NCBI GenBank assembly: GCA_040954595.2
Contig: CM082590.2
Location: forward strand, 620,001 to 684,000
Length of the DNA stretch: 64,000 nucleotides
Reading direction: 5' to 3'
Origin: Balanoglossus misakiensis
Lineage: Eukaryota > Animalia > Hemichordata
Below, one piece after another: positions 63,115-64,000 of the stretch (the stretch's first letter is position 1; each line of letters begins with the position of its first letter). The notes under the pieces were generated by a model. It worked only from the letters and a program-made list of their open reading frames with translations. It did no database searches and was not told where the DNA came from. A program made the translations under genes and the position numbers.

Positions 63115-63518
63115 AATAAAAAAAAGTTTTATGTAAATTGAAGCTCAAATTGTTTGCTAGCCCCATCACCCCCAGAAACTGGATATAGTAAATTCCCTCC
63201 TGTGGACTGCTGGGTCTAACAACTATTAACTGGGGGTGAGCAGAGTAAAAGCTGAGTTTCGAATACATTTACATTTCTTAAAATGTCAGACGTTTTTTTT
63301 CTTTCTTTCCAGTATGTCAGCTTTTTTTTCCAGAAGTTGTAGTAAACACGGAAACCTGTTGTACGCCGTTCTCATTTTATGTTATTTTGACAAAGCATTA
63401 CTTTATGTTTTTAAGTTGTTGTATACATACTGTCATGTATACATGGAGTTGTGGCCTTTAGATACTTTGCCAAAAAAAAACTTGTCGTTGATAGCCATGT
63501 CTGCCTGCTGTAAATAAA
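63115..63518 (+). promoter_or_regulatory. Candidate CUL1 polyadenylation signals (AATAAA at 63115-63120 and 63513-63518)
   Basis: AATAAA hexamers 143 and 541 nt after the stop codon; which one is used cannot be told from DNA. Confidence 0.45.
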
Positions 63519-63677
63519 GGTATGGTCCCCTCTATGTTTAGTGATATCATCTATATTATCTACATACAAGATAGTATGTGCCTCGGGGACAGATCCTTAG
63601 ACCTTTCAATTCTTTCTTATGTAAAGAGTGTGAGGAGTCATTTTGAAAACAAAGATGAAAACATGCTGTTCACTGTC

Positions 63678-64000
63678 TTTTTAGGTCCTATTTGGTTATG
63701 TAATATACCATGGGACCTTATGGAATCAGTTGCGTCTGTATGTATGTATGTATGTATGTCCGTCCGTCCGTCCACATCAAAAACTTGAAAACCTCTCGGC
63801 GTGTAATGTCGATATTTGGTGTGCAGATGCATTATGGCCGGTAGATGAGAGTTTGTTCAAATGAAGTTGTCATTGCCAAAACTGGCCAGTGGTCATTGAT
63901 TTGAAAATTGGTATGCATGTACCTTATGATAACAATACACAGTTCTGTATGTTTTGAGCTAATAGTGTGAATTTTCTATTTTTTGTGCATTTTTTGGCTT
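63678..64000 (+). mobile_element. HINE family A head running off the window end, downstream of the CUL1 stop
   Basis: ttttaggtcc...ccatgggacctt, (GTAT)n(GTCC)n and the family A body. Confidence 0.8.

Overview
Eukaryotic (metazoan) genomic DNA, probably from a marine invertebrate; the taxon is inferred from the protein and repeat content only. The window holds the 3' three-quarters of an intron-rich Cullin-1 (CUL1) gene on the + strand. Fifteen GT-AG coding exons (6369-62972) splice in frame to 1785 nt, or 594 aa plus TAG, and include the neddylation motif IVRIMK. The N-terminal exons were not found and probably lie upstream. The introns are mostly mobile elements: a decayed pogo-type DD35D transposon, piggyBac and Harbinger remnants, Kolobok-like TTAA elements, hAT-like MITEs with 5- and 6-bp TSDs, Crypton-like hairpin elements, L2/CR1-group LINE fragments and tRNA-derived SINEs. 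There are also at least four families of non-autonomous Helentron-like (HINE/DINE-type) elements, three of which carry a ~238-bp satellite. The most striking structure is at 45117-52862, where five HINEs are nested inside one another. Each sits 17-24 nt behind the 5' hairpin of its host, which suggests self-targeted insertion. Repeat superfamily names are inferred from termini and TSD patterns, not from database searches. Most ORF-track entries are spurious.
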